64,000 nucleotides of DNA from Octopus vulgaris (taxonomy: Eukaryota), in assembly GCA_951406725.2 (NCBI GenBank), contig OX597827.1, forward strand, positions 15,872,001 to 15,936,000. Reading direction: 5' to 3'. Positions 52,146-63,923 of this stretch are shown one piece after another. Made by a program: the position numbers and the translations under genes. Each line of letters begins with the position of its first letter. The first letter of the stretch is position 1. Under the pieces are notes generated by a model, which was not told where the DNA came from, made no database searches, and saw only the letters and a list, made by a program, of their open reading frames with translations.

Positions 52146-52321
52146 TATTGCTAGCCACTACACATACTTTATTTTCTCTTGTTTCTTTCTGTGGAAGAGT
52201 GTAGGCTCGAAACGTTAAAGACTTTTTCACTTCTCAGGCGTTAAACTAATACATCTGTTGTCTACACCACCTGTCTTTGTCTCTCTTTTAAAAATTTTTT
52301 TTTTTTGTGGATTCTCCCCCT
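52146..52321 (+). mobile_element. Penelope-like terminal fragment with a variant hammerhead (52184-52221)
   Basis: UCUUU-CUGUGGAA-GAGU(GUAG)GCUC-GAAA-CG-UU-AAAGA; microsatellite flanks. Confidence 0.62.
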
Positions 52322-52579
52322 ATATATATATAGAGAAAGAGAAATGATGGGCTTCTTTCAGTTTCTGCCTACCAAATTCTCTCACAAGGCTTTGTTTGGT
52401 TAGACTGGAATTATAGAAGACACTTGCCCATGGTGCCATGCAGTGGGACTGAACCCAGTACCATATGATTGAGCTGCAATTTTCTTAACCACTGCACCAT
52501 AGTACCCCGTTTATTAAGTTGATAGATTGTCTATAGATTATGGCCATGGTGTGGCTAGGTCACACAGGTAGTTTAATAT

Positions 52580-53064
52580 GCTCTGGTCTGGTGGTACGTA
52601 AAAAGCACTATCCGACTCGTGGCCGTGGCACGTAAAATACTCCAATGTGACCGTACGACAGGCATCCGTGCCAACCCCCTTTGCTTGTGAAGACATGTTG
52701 GGGCAATCGAAATCGAATTGAACCAGCCAGGATCCCTGGTCTGGTGGTACGTAAAAAGCACTATCCGACTCGTGGCGGATGCCAGCACCGCCTCGACTGG
52801 CTTCCGTGCCGGTGGCACATAAAATACACCAATCCGACCGTGGCCGTTGCCAGCCTCACCTGGCACCTGTGCAGGTGGCACGTAAAAAGCACCCACTACA
52901 CTCACGGAGTGGTTGGCGTTAGGAAGGGCATCCAGCTGTAGAAACATTGCCAGATTAGACTGGAGCCTGGTGCAGCCTTCTGGCTTCCCAGAACCCCGGT
53001 CGAACCGTCCAACCCATGCTAGCATGGAGAACGGATGTTAAACGATGATGATGATGATGATGAT
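52580..53064 (+). mobile_element. Retroposon family D
   Basis: Repeated units plus the conserved 3' end with (GAT)n. Confidence 0.72.
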
Positions 53065-54123
53065 AATTGAAGTGGGTTCTGTGTTGTAGAGAAACTTGTT
53101 GATGAAAGCACGACAAGGGCCAGTAATGATAGGCAGAACTAACTTAATGAGACTGAAGACCAAGGTCATTATATATAAATGGGACGATGGCATGTTGCCA
53201 CCTGGTGTCATTAAACCAGATGTTACCTCTACACTGTACTAATTTTTGTGTATGGCGAGGCAGGCTTGCTGATGTAATTAGGAGGCTATGCAAAGGATAT
53301 AAAAGTTTTCAGAATGGTACAGAGTTCTTGAAGTGAAATGGGTGGCATGTCAAACAGATGCCATTCCTCAAGAAATTTTCATGGTGGTGGAGCTTGGATT
53401 CAATGGTCAGTCTGATATAGTGTGTGTGTGTGTGTACAGATACACACACAGCAGCAGCAGCATTTAACAACCTTGTTCCATGCTGGTATGGATTGGACGC
53501 TTTGACACAAGATCCAGTGGGCTGAAGGACTGAATTGTGCTCCAGTGTCTGTTTTGACATGGTTTCTATGGCTATCTGCCACTTCACAGCTTGTACAAGG
53601 GTGCATTTTTGTGCCGTCAGCACTAGTGAGGTCACCATACAGCTTGCAAGACTAGACTATTAAAGCATAATGGTGGGACAGCTATATGCTAGACCAGTGT
53701 TTCCCACACTTTTCGTGCCAAATTGCAATATCACCCACCTATCAGCCAAAAAATGTACCATCGCCCACTCACGTAAAAAAAACAACCCCACCTTGTATCA
53801 TATGACACACACACTATATTGTAGACTTGTTGTGCCCAGTTAGTGCTGCTTAGACTAAATATGCAGTTGTTTACAAATCCCTTATTGTGGGTTTAGTTTT
53901 GCAATTTGTGTGAATAAAATTCTAACTTAAACTCTATAGACAGATTAACTTTGGTAAACTTGCACCTTCTTTTACACTGATTTTTATTTTCCCCAAATGA
54001 ATCATTTATCAGACTACCAATGCAAAAATAATTAATGATTGTATTATAAAGGAAAAGAGTACAACTTTTTAATGAGAACCATGTGTTTTTAGTTAATTTT
54101 TTGGCTCAAAAAGCAAAAAGCAA

Positions 54124-54318
54124 GGCCATGTAGGGGGACATGGAGTTATGTACAGGGTGGTGTTCATGTAAAGAGTTCAGGCCATTTGTGGTCAAGGGAG
54201 ACTTTGAACCGAGCGGTCGTCGGCATCTTCACTATCTCATCCGGCAGCTTATTCCACGGATCCGCAACCCGGACGGAGAAAGCCCCCTCTCCTTCGATTG
54301 AGATGAAATCGTTGCAGG
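54124..54318 (-). mobile_element. Second CR1-like family, 3' end
   Basis: Minus strand reads RREGAFSVRVADPWNKLPDEIVKMPTTARFKVSLD. Confidence 0.7.
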
Positions 54319-55571
54319 TGTGATGCAGCTAGTGCAGATACATTTGGTTTCAAACTTGTCAACTTTAGACACAAATCTCTTCATTGTGTCACATCCAGTC
54401 CAATTCTTTTATGGGAAAGTAAAGTTCCAACATGGCTAAAACCAGATTCAACCAGATACAAGGTAGGGAAGGCAAGCAAAAGTAATTTCAGATGTTTGCA
54501 CAGATTGGGGTAGGAATTCAATATACTTTGATGGTACCACAAACCTTCTTTGCCATTACAGCGATATCGCATTGTGGTGTCATTGTCATTTTGTAATTCT
54601 ATTAATTTATCCTGAATGTCATCTTCGCAATTGACTGCAGCATAATAGCATCTTGAAATCGCTCCACCCTGTTATCGTGCAATGATTATAAATAGTTGCG
54701 ATATGTAGTTAAATCCTCATCAACCAATTCATCTTTCAAAGCATCAAGTTGTGGAAATTGATGTAATTCACGTTTTGAAATGCATCCTTATTCTAGGCAT
54801 GCTGAGATATAAGTTAAAACGGTACCAATTTTGAATTGAAGATAGTGATAAATGATTAACAATCATTGAAAGTTTTTCCGTTCCTTTGCAATAACCTATT
54901 CAAATCATTTAATTTTGTGAATATATCACAAAGAAAAAAGATATCACACCTTGCAGCCATCAATGCAATAGTGGGGTATCTTCAAAGAAAGATATGATTA
55001 TATGAAACAGTTCAACACAATTACCTTTTGACAGCCACTGCACTTCGGTATGGTATAAGAGTTTAGTATAGTCCTCATCATTTCTCAGACAGAGTTGAAG
55101 GAAAATTCTGTCAGACAAGGGACTGGACTTCAATTTGTTGAGAGTCTTGATAACTAACTGTAGTGCATCATTCAATGTACCGTTCATATTTTTTGTCACT
55201 AAATGCTGCCAGTGTACCAAGCAATGGACAGTTAGTATCTGGTGGGAAATTTCTGCTTTGGGAGAGATGAAAAACCTCAGTATCTTCCTACTATTGAAGG
55301 GGCTCCATCAGATGCACAGGCAAGAATGTTTTACTGAATGGGATATTATATTATGTTCAAAAAAGAAAGACTTGAGAGTGTGGAAAATAGGTGTATCTTT
55401 TGGATCAAGCAGCAATTTCTCTGCGACCAGCATTTCTTCACAAGGTTGAAGGTCTTTGAAATACTGAACATATGCCATCATCAAACATTGATTGTTCACA
55501 ACACTTGACTCATTCACTTGTATAGAAAATTCAGAAAGCTGGAGAATATTAATGAGCTGTTGTTTGACATC

Positions 55572-55802
55572 TATTTCTATATTACCCACAAGGGGCTAAA
55601 CACAGAGGGGACCAACAAGGACAGACATAGGTATTAAGTCGATTACATCGACCCCAGTGCGTAACTGGTACTTAATTTATCGACCCCGAAAGGATGAAAG
55701 GCAAAGTCGACCTCGGCAGAATTTGAACTCACAACGTAACGCAGACGAAATACCGCAAAGCATTTCGCCCGGCGTGCTAACGATTCTGCCAGCTCGCCGC
55801 CT
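55572..55802 (-). mobile_element. SINE family A inserted in a hAT transposase relic
   Basis: Full copy; TGTTTGAYATC duplicated on both flanks. Confidence 0.85.
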
Positions 55803-56147
55803 TGTTTGATATCGTTGGCCATTTCATTGATGTGTCGAGAAATCATGTTATTACTAAGTGGGATCCTCTTCATAATGTTATCTGGTTTTTCAATCATAAT
55901 GGTTGACAAAATCTCTTCGGTAACTGGGCGAAGTAATGTTTCTCCACTTGTGTGAGACTTCCCAGACTTAGCAACAAGCAATGCAATGCTGTACGATGCA
56001 ATTGATCCATCATTCTCCTGCTTACTAGTTTCCTGGAGTAGCATGTTGAATATTTGTGTTTGCTTTTTGAAAGAGGCGCTCATTTGCAGAAAGTATAGCA
56101 ACGGCTTGTTGTTCTTGTCAGAATGCTTTGCATCAAAGTGATACTTC

Positions 56148-56586
56148 AAGCATGGGCATGGACACATTGAAACTCCGACGTCTGGCAGCTGACTTGGCAG
56201 ACACCCATAAAATTATCAACCATCGTACCAACAATAACTCTGAGCACCTTTTCAAACTCCACCCGTCTAACACCCGTGGACATATTTACAAAGTCAGAAA
56301 ACAGCACAGCTCCCATGACTTTAGGAAACATTTTTTCACGCTGAGAGTTGCTGAAGCATGGAACAAACTGCCGGCATCAGTTGTTAGTTGTCGGAGCACT
56401 GCATCCTTCAAAACTTCCATGCTTTCTGAGATTCGCCAACACTACACCTGATTTTCTCCCCTCCATACACACACAGGCATGTATCTGACTCATACACTGT
56501 TCGCTTTCCAGACATTTGTACATTACTGCATATACTCTGACAAGTTGTGGTGCACCTGAGCACTGTATACAATAATTTCATTATTA
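56148..56586 (+). mobile_element. CR1-clade LINE 3' end inserted in a hAT transposase relic
   Basis: Same family as 28945-29437; splits the transposase at MKPS|CLK. Confidence 0.85.
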
Positions 56587-57453
56587 TATGAAGGTTTCAT
56601 TGCTTCATCGGTCAGCGTTTGATGGCAAAGAAGGCACATCGGTAACTGACAGTTATGAGGAGAGGGAATAAATCCAAATGATAAATAATTGCTACTGTAC
56701 TGTCAACAAATTTCTACGGGTGGCATCAGAAAGGCAGTGTGGTATTCCCAAAGAGAAGTCGTCGATAGAGCAAAGTCAAATGACACATCTTTGCTGGAAC
56801 AAATATGGATCTAGTTTGTTTGGCTGCCAGCATTTCAGAAGATTTTTGCAAATTTGCATTCTACACGCGGGAATTCATACAGTTATGCCAAAAGGAAAAA
56901 TTGCGGTGGAGCGTGATATAAGGCCTAGATCTATTTGGCTGCTATTTTTAGCACATATGACTGCGACAAAAATATTTGATCAGTAAACAAGTCCGCTTTT
57001 TTAATACAAAGGGATGTCTCATGCGATTAGTCTGATCAATAAAAATGCATCCTTTTTCTAGGCATGCCAAGATATAATTAAATACAGACTTGATTTCTTA
57101 AAATTCTTTGTCACCCACAAAATGTTCATATCACCCACCATTTTCTAGAAATACGCCCATCACTCATGTGGTTAACAGAGCTGATCAGTACTGAATTCAA
57201 CCGTACTTTATCTAGTGTTCTCAAACAAAGCAGATCCTACTTTTGTTGCTTTTGAAAGGACTATTAACAAGAAAAGAAATTGAATAATTATGTGAAACAG
57301 CAAAAAAAATAAAGCTTTGTATTTCACCTATTGACAAAGGTGTCTCAAGATAGTTAATTTATTTCGTTAGTAAATAAATGACAAATTTTACAATAAATCT
57401 TCTGTTAGTAGTAAAGGCGTGACATTTTTTCTTGGTTAACAGAAAAACAAGTG

Positions 57454-57866
57454 GGATCTTTTCAGTTTGAACGGCAGTTTTTTCTAGCAGTGTCATATGA
57501 AATTGTCACCCATAATTATGACCCTAGTACAGATCTATTGCATTTCAATCTATTTTAGGGTTAGGGATGGGGGAAGGGTATCTTTTTTTTCTTCAGAAAT
57601 GTAAATAAACCCAATCTGTTTCTTAAACGAGGGACATTTTCATATGGCACAGAATGTTTTCACCTCAATAGATGTCATTGATTGGTTGAAATTGCAGAAA
57701 ACGAAGAAAAAAACCCAACAAATATCTTACAAACCGTAGAATTTTCTCAATAAAGCCAAGAGAAAAAGATGTTTTATAAACACATTCTACAAGTATACGA
57801 ATTTTAAAATTTTTTAGTTATGTGGAAATTATTTTAAAACAACTGCCGTTCAAACCGAAAAGATCC
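57454..57866. mobile_element. MITE family H
   Basis: Same TIRs; 8-bp TSD AACAAGTG. Confidence 0.85.
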
Positions 57867-58314
57867 AACAAGTGTATTGGGGCAATGGACTGGTACTAAG
57901 AGAGGAAAATGTAGACCATTTATACATTTCAGTCAGTTAATGGTTCAACATGAACTCAGTGTACTGTTAGCCAGAAAACACTCTGATAATTCATAATCTT
58001 ATATCTGTTACTTTTACTTAACATTAAGTGTTCACTGTGCAAGGTTAATTAGCTTCTCTCCACTTGCACCTGCATCATACTTGTATTAAAGCCAGTCCAC
58101 ATGCCATGTCGAAGACCAGTGGTCAAATTGAGATCTGCTGATGACCTGCAACTATATTCAGTTGTAGATGAAGCTCATGTTAGTCGTGATCAGGTCGATT
58201 TTTGAGCTAGTGTTCCAGTATGACCGTTCCATGTAAGGATTCCATTTTCTAATGCATCATTGGGTGATTGCCTCATAGGCTTAGGTACCACAATGACATG
58301 AGCTGTATAATATA

Positions 58315-58533
58315 TATTTCTTTACTACCTACAAGGGGCTAAACACAGGAGGGACAAACAAGGACAGAGAAACGGATTAAGTCGATTACATCGTCGCCAG
58401 TGCGTAACTGGTACTTAATTTATCAACCCCGAAAGGATGACAGGCAAAGTCGACCTTGGAGGAATTTGAACCCAGAACGTAACGGCTATGCATTTCGCCT
58501 GGTGTGCTAACGTTTCTGCCAGCTTGCTGCCTT
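58315..58533 (-). mobile_element. SINE family A
   Basis: Head, core and tail; TSD AGCTGTATAATA. Confidence 0.8.
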
Positions 58534-60562
58534 TGAGCTGTATAATATAGATGAGACCAAAGCAATTGACATTGATTCCTCCCCGGATGCTGTCTGCAGA
58601 ATATTGGCATGATAGGAAGAGGAACAGAGAATGGGTTTTAGTTTGGATCACAGTGACTTTACAGATTGATGTGTTATCTTCACCCAACTGTTGAAGGTGG
58701 TCTGTGAAACCATGTCTCACTTTTTTTTTTATTTGGGGGTGTTTCAGTTATTTAACCTTTTTGTTCCTATATTGCTAACCAGAAAGCACCTGTTAGGTGT
58801 TCCAATTAAATTCTGAAATAATCATGAGTTTAGACTGTTTTCATAAAACAACTTTTATTTTTCAAATACAATTTAACTGAAAGGTTTTTAGTTAATATTC
58901 AAGGAGCATGCAACAAAATTTAATACAGAATACCTGTGCAGATAACTAGGTTATCTATAAGTCAAACTTAATGCACATAGGGACAGGTGTACCATAAAGG
59001 TAAAATAGAACAAAATACTGGAATGTGTCTGAAGAAAACTTGGAAATGTAGTACACAGAAACACATAAGGATTCACAATATAAAATAATCAAAATTTGTC
59101 ACACCTTAGAGGTAAATAATTCATAAAAATGAGGTAAATTTGAAAAAAAATATATTTATGAATCGAATTTATGTATACACACACACACACACACACACAC
59201 AATATTACTAAAAATGCTTGGATTTCTTTCTCCCAAGCATATGGAAACCTCAAACTGTTGCTTTTTCCTTTTTGTTCATGTTTTATATAAGGGTTTGTTT
59301 CCACAGTAATAGCTTCAAAGAGCTATGGAAAATGGTGGAATTCTGCTTTAAGTATGCCATATACACCCTTATAACTTTTAAAAAATTTTTTGTGTATTTA
59401 TGTTCTATGCACAGAAATTCATATGACTGAAAACAATTGTTTTTTTCTTCAATTTAAAAAAATGGTCGAAATCTGGGGAGTCTGAAGTTTTTACTTAAAT
59501 CCCAGCAATAATAGACTATGAAATGTGTTTATGAGGTGAAAGACATTGAAAAACATCATTACTTCAGTGACAAAGAAATGAGAAGGGCATTAGGTGGACG
59601 TGAGATGTACTAAAATAACAGCTAAATAACCCTTAAAATCACAGTCATTTTTCTTTTCTTTGTGCGTATTCATATGAATTCCTATATGCAGAACACAGAT
59701 GCGTAAAAATTTTCTTGAAATTTTTAAAAAATGGAAAAAGATATGAGGGGTTATATATATGGTGTACTTAAAGCAGAATTCTACCAAAAAAACAGTTTAA
59801 AATTTTTTACTATACTCAGGTGCAAATTGACTTTTTTTTTGCTATCGGAACTGTTGTCGGAATTGTTTCACTTATGTTTGCCTTATATTTTCTTAGGTTC
59901 TTTTATATCTTTGAATTTGAACTTGTTGCTTGACAACAAGAAAGTGGTATACAGTTTTTGTCCATAGTGGAACATTTCAGAAAATCAAAGTGTAAAAGAA
60001 CAGGGGGGAAATTTCCAAAAATTTGCAGCTCTCAGATATCATATAAAATAATGTCAGACAGTGTAACTCGTTTATTTAATGAAATCACGTGTTTTCACAA
60101 GTGTGTTAACAAGATTTACGCTGAAATGCACATTCAGATATGAATAGGATCATTTTGAGTGATTATGGGCGTTTTGGTAACTCTTTCAATTACTTTAAAT
60201 ATAACACAGAATTTAGTAAAATAACTTTATCATTAAGCTAATGTTAGGAACATAAATTGTGACTAAGGTTTGGTGGAAGATTTTCATTCAAAACTTATGA
60301 TATTTGTACTCAGAGCCAGAGCCGGGTTGGTAATGAAAGGGTTAACCAGAATTTTTTCAGATGTCTACAAGGTGGGTTAGTGACAAAAGGGTTAAAAAAA
60401 AGCTTGTTTGCTGCAGCCAATGGCAAACCATATTACACAAATACACTCCCCTTTCTCTTGAGCCTCTTCAGTTTCCCAACTTCATCGTTGTGCAACATGG
60501 AAACTACTTTTGACCAATATCCGAATAGCTACTTTAGATCAATGCAATAGAAAGAAAATTCT

Positions 60563-60760
60563 TTTAAAGAAATTCAAGTATAAAATCATACTAAATCTTT
60601 GTAATTTCTTGTTTTATTGCTTTTAGAATTTAAAGAAATTCAGGTATAAAATCATACTAAATTTTTGTGATTTCTTGTTTTATTGCTTTTAGAATTTAAA
60701 GAAATTCAGGTATAAAATCATAGTAAATCTTTGTTATTTCTTGTTTTATTGTTTTCAGAA
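60563..60760 (+). repeat. Three tandem 66-bp copies of the eIF3a exon 2 splice-acceptor region
   Basis: AG dinucleotides at 60625-60626, 60691-60692 and 60757-60758, each preceded by the same branch/polypyrimidine sequence. Confidence 0.9.
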
Positions 60761-60949
60761 TTTATTGATGTGGACAAGAAACAACGTGCCTTGGATGTCC
60801 TGTACGATGTCATCAAAAGTAAGAAACACCGCACATGGCAAAAGATTCACGAGCAGATTATGGCCAAGTACCTTGAGCTCTGTGTCGATCTCCGGAAGAG
60901 TCACATTGCAAAAGAGGGCTTGTACCAGTATAAGATTATTTGTCAACAG
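60759..60949 (+). CDS. EIF3A: eIF3a coding exon 2
   Basis: tttcAG acceptor; [64 protein letters not shown]; donor GTTAGT; frame continuous with exon 1. Confidence 0.96.
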
Positions 60950-61013
60950 GTTAGTATTTAATGACATTTAATTACACACTTTTCAAAAAAAAAATTTTTT
61001 TTTTTTTTTACAT

Positions 61014-61056
<43 letters not shown>

Positions 61057-61059
<3 letters not shown>

Positions 61060-61225
61060 CGGAGTAAACACATAAATGCGAAACAAGGTGGAAAAAAGAG
61101 TATTCAAATACCAGTGGTAGAGTAATATGCTTTATTTTAAGCAGCAGAAAATTCAACAAAATCTGTTACTCTGAGTTTCTCGTTGCCGTTCATCAGACAG
61201 TTTTTGCTAGAATATAAAATAAAGT
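61057..61225 (-). mobile_element. Penelope-like terminal repeat fragment embedded in (TA)n
   Basis: Contains a minimal hammerhead followed by AATAAA on the minus strand; flanked by TA microsatellite. Confidence 0.7.
61156..61207 (-). ncRNA. Minimal type I hammerhead ribozyme motif
   Basis: GCAAAAACUGU-CUGAUGA-ACG(GCAA)CGA-GAAA-CUC(A)GAG-UA^-ACAGAUUUUGU; stem I 10 of 11 positions paired; predicted cleavage between 61167 and 61166. Confidence 0.75.
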
Positions 61226-61840
61226 ATATATATATATATATATATATTTAATTAAACACTTTTGTACTCTTTCACTGCTCTTTCTTCTGTTGGCCTGCTC
61301 ACTTAGCCAGCGGTGTGGTGTCATTCGAAGGCTAAAACAATGCGAACTCATTGTGACCAGCGATGTGTAACTACATCTGATGGACTGGTCGGTCACGTGA
61401 TCACGTGATATATATACATATATATGCTTCAAAGGTGGGACATGTTTTTGTGACCAAAGAATTTGAAGTTATTTAGCAAAATAACTAACTTTACCATGTA
61501 GTTGATGTTTTAAGCTAGTGTTTGGAACACAGAAAGTTGTGACATAATGATGTTTTATACATGTGAGGGTTTATGTTAGAACTGAAGCAGGTTTTTAGGA
61601 TAATCAACTGCAAATTGATTATTACTGCAAATTTATGGTGTCGTACCTTTGTTAGAAACCATTATTGCTATTAACTGTTTCATATTCTTTTTTCCTCATC
61701 ACTTTTAAATCTACTGCGATTAAATTTTTTTTTAATTATGAATTTGGGATTGAGAAATGTGTAGCCTTGTACAAAGTAGGACTTCATTATTGTGCTAGAT
61801 CTTATTAATTTTTTTATATTTCAATTCTTATTTTCAATAG

Positions 61841-61977
61841 GTGAGCATCAACTCTCTCGTGGATGTGGTGGAGAACTATTTGAAGTTGGCTGAAAAGACA
61901 ACTGAGAAAGCTCGTGAACAATCTCACCAAGCCGTTGTTGATGTTGACGATTTAGACAACCCTGATACTCCGGAGAG
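61841..61977 (+). CDS. EIF3A: eIF3a coding exon 3
   Basis: caatAG acceptor; [45 protein letters not shown]; donor GTAAGT. Confidence 0.95.
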
Positions 61978-62937
61978 GTAAGTTTGTAAACTTTCATATT
62001 GCTCAGAAGGCATTGCACCTATTAGAGAAATGTTTGACTCCTCGAGCATCACTAGTTTTCTCTACTTGTGTCTTACTCTCTTTGGCCACTTACTATTTTT
62101 ATGCAGTTAATGTTTTATATAATTGAAATAATTATCGGGTCATAATGAGTTGTAGGCATACAAAATTTCAAATTATGATGCATACAGTATTTGAAAAACG
62201 TTTTTCAGTAATTTGTGCAAAAATTGAAAATTTTCTTCTGAAAGTTCATAATAACTGAACCATCTAGAAAGTACTAAGCTTATAATTTTAGAATTAAAAT
62301 ATTAATTTTTTTTTTTTTTTTCCTCATTTTATTGGCCTTTTCACTTTTAAAATATTCTACTTCTCAGACACACCTTTGGACAGATGGCTACTCAGTGTGA
62401 TAATCTTATTTGACTTTGTTAGGCTGGTATTTTATAATTACATGGTGGCTTGTTATTAGTTAAGGTTTATGGACAAAGCCTAGTTTAGTCTGCTGATCAT
62501 GTTTGACACTGTTATTGAAAATTACTAGCTGCAGATATCCTATCACCAGCCTTAGTGTTAAAATTGGGACACGAGACAACTTAGTTTACGACATCATTAG
62601 CTGCAGTGATTTGCTTAAAACATCTGTATTGTCTGTGGAAACATCTGGTTCAAGAATAGTTAATTGTTCAGGAAGAATATTAATGTGCCAGTGAGGAGAA
62701 ATGGTTTTTTTTTTTTTTTCTAAGGTAGTAGATAGCAGAATTAATAGTTTCAATTAAAAACGCTTTGTTGCCATTGTGCATTCTGGGTATGGTGGTGACA
62801 AAATTAGTACCAGTCAAATAGTGGTGGTGTTAATTTAATGTTCTTTTCTCAAAATTTGCCTTATACCAATGTTAGGAGCAATCATTTCTAAAGAGCCAGG
62901 CTAAATGCTTTGCCAATTCAGTTTTTGAGTCAACTTT

Positions 62938-63067
62938 GTTTAACGTCCGTTTTCTGTGCTAGCACGGGTTGGACGGTTCAGCCGGGGTCTGGGAAGCCAG
63001 GAGGCTGCACCAGGCTCCAGTCTGATCTGGCAGTGTTTCTACAGCTGGATGCCCTTCCTAACGCCAA
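62938..63067 (-). mobile_element. Retroposon family D 3' end
   Basis: Reverse match to the family D terminus. Confidence 0.7.
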
Positions 63068-63418
63068 AACATCTCAGTTGAGATGGTTGTAGAGTAATAG
63101 TTAGCATTGTTTGTTGGTTGTTTATGAGTCAAAGTTCCTTTAGTGCTATGGGAGGTATCATATTTTTTTACAGTATATCTGTAAAGCCACTCTACTAGAG
63201 AAGGCTTCAGGCTGCAATAAATGTTCATATAAGAAGATCTTTCTTACCCATGTAAGCAAATAGCTGTAAAATAGTGCAAGCTAGCTAAATTGGTAGAACA
63301 TTGGAAAAATGCTTTGTGGCATTTCTTCTAATACTTTGTATTCTAGGTTCAAATCCTGTCAACATTTGACTTAATCATCCCAAAATATAGTACTAGGGTC
63401 AACGGTATTGACTAAAAA

Positions 63419-63654
63419 AAGGCGGCGAGCTGGCAGAATCGTTAGCACGCTTGACGAAATGCGTAGCCGTATTTCGTCTGCTGTTACGTTCTGAGTTCAA
63501 ATTCCGCCGAGGTCGACTTTGCCTTTCATCCTTTCGGGGGTCGATAAATTAAGTACCAGTTACTCACTGGGGGGTCAATATAATCGACTTAATCTGTTTG
63601 ACTGTCCTTGTTTGTCCTCTCTGTGTTTAGCCCCTTGTGGGTAGTAAAGAAATA
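63419..63654 (+). mobile_element. SINE family A in eIF3a intron 3
   Basis: Full copy; TSD GGTATTGACTAA at 63404-63415 and 63655-63666. Confidence 0.88.
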
Positions 63655-63759
63655 GGTATTGACTAACCCCCCCTCCCTCAAAACTGCAGGCTTTTTGTTT
63701 TAAATAAGAAATCGTTGTTGTTACTTTTGTAATGTAAATTTTCTTTCATTCTTTCAAAG

Positions 63760-63923
63760 CTTGTTAATGAAAGCTGTGAGTGGTGAAGACACACAGGACC
63801 GTACAGACCGTGCCATTCTGACACCATGGGTCAAGTTTTTGTGGGAGTCTTATCGTCAGTGTCTGGATCTTTTGAGGAACAACTCTCGTGTTGAAAGACT
63901 GTACCACAACATCGCACAGCAAG
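63760..63923 (+). CDS. EIF3A: eIF3a coding exon 4 (gene continues beyond the window)
   Basis: ttcaaAG acceptor; [55 protein letters not shown]; donor GTAAGT. Confidence 0.96.

Larger units (their letters stand above)
53695..57170 (-). mobile_element. hAT (Buster/Charlie, ZBED5/ZBED8-like) transposon relic in eIF3a intron 1
   Basis: CAGTGTTTCCC terminus at 53695. Minus-strand fragments PMCLLC...MKPSCLKYHFDAKH, IAKSGKSHT.GE-like, IPLSNNMISRHI, LLYHTEVQWLSKG and FPTLYLVESGFS. Many stops and nested insertions; right boundary uncertain. Confidence 0.8.
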
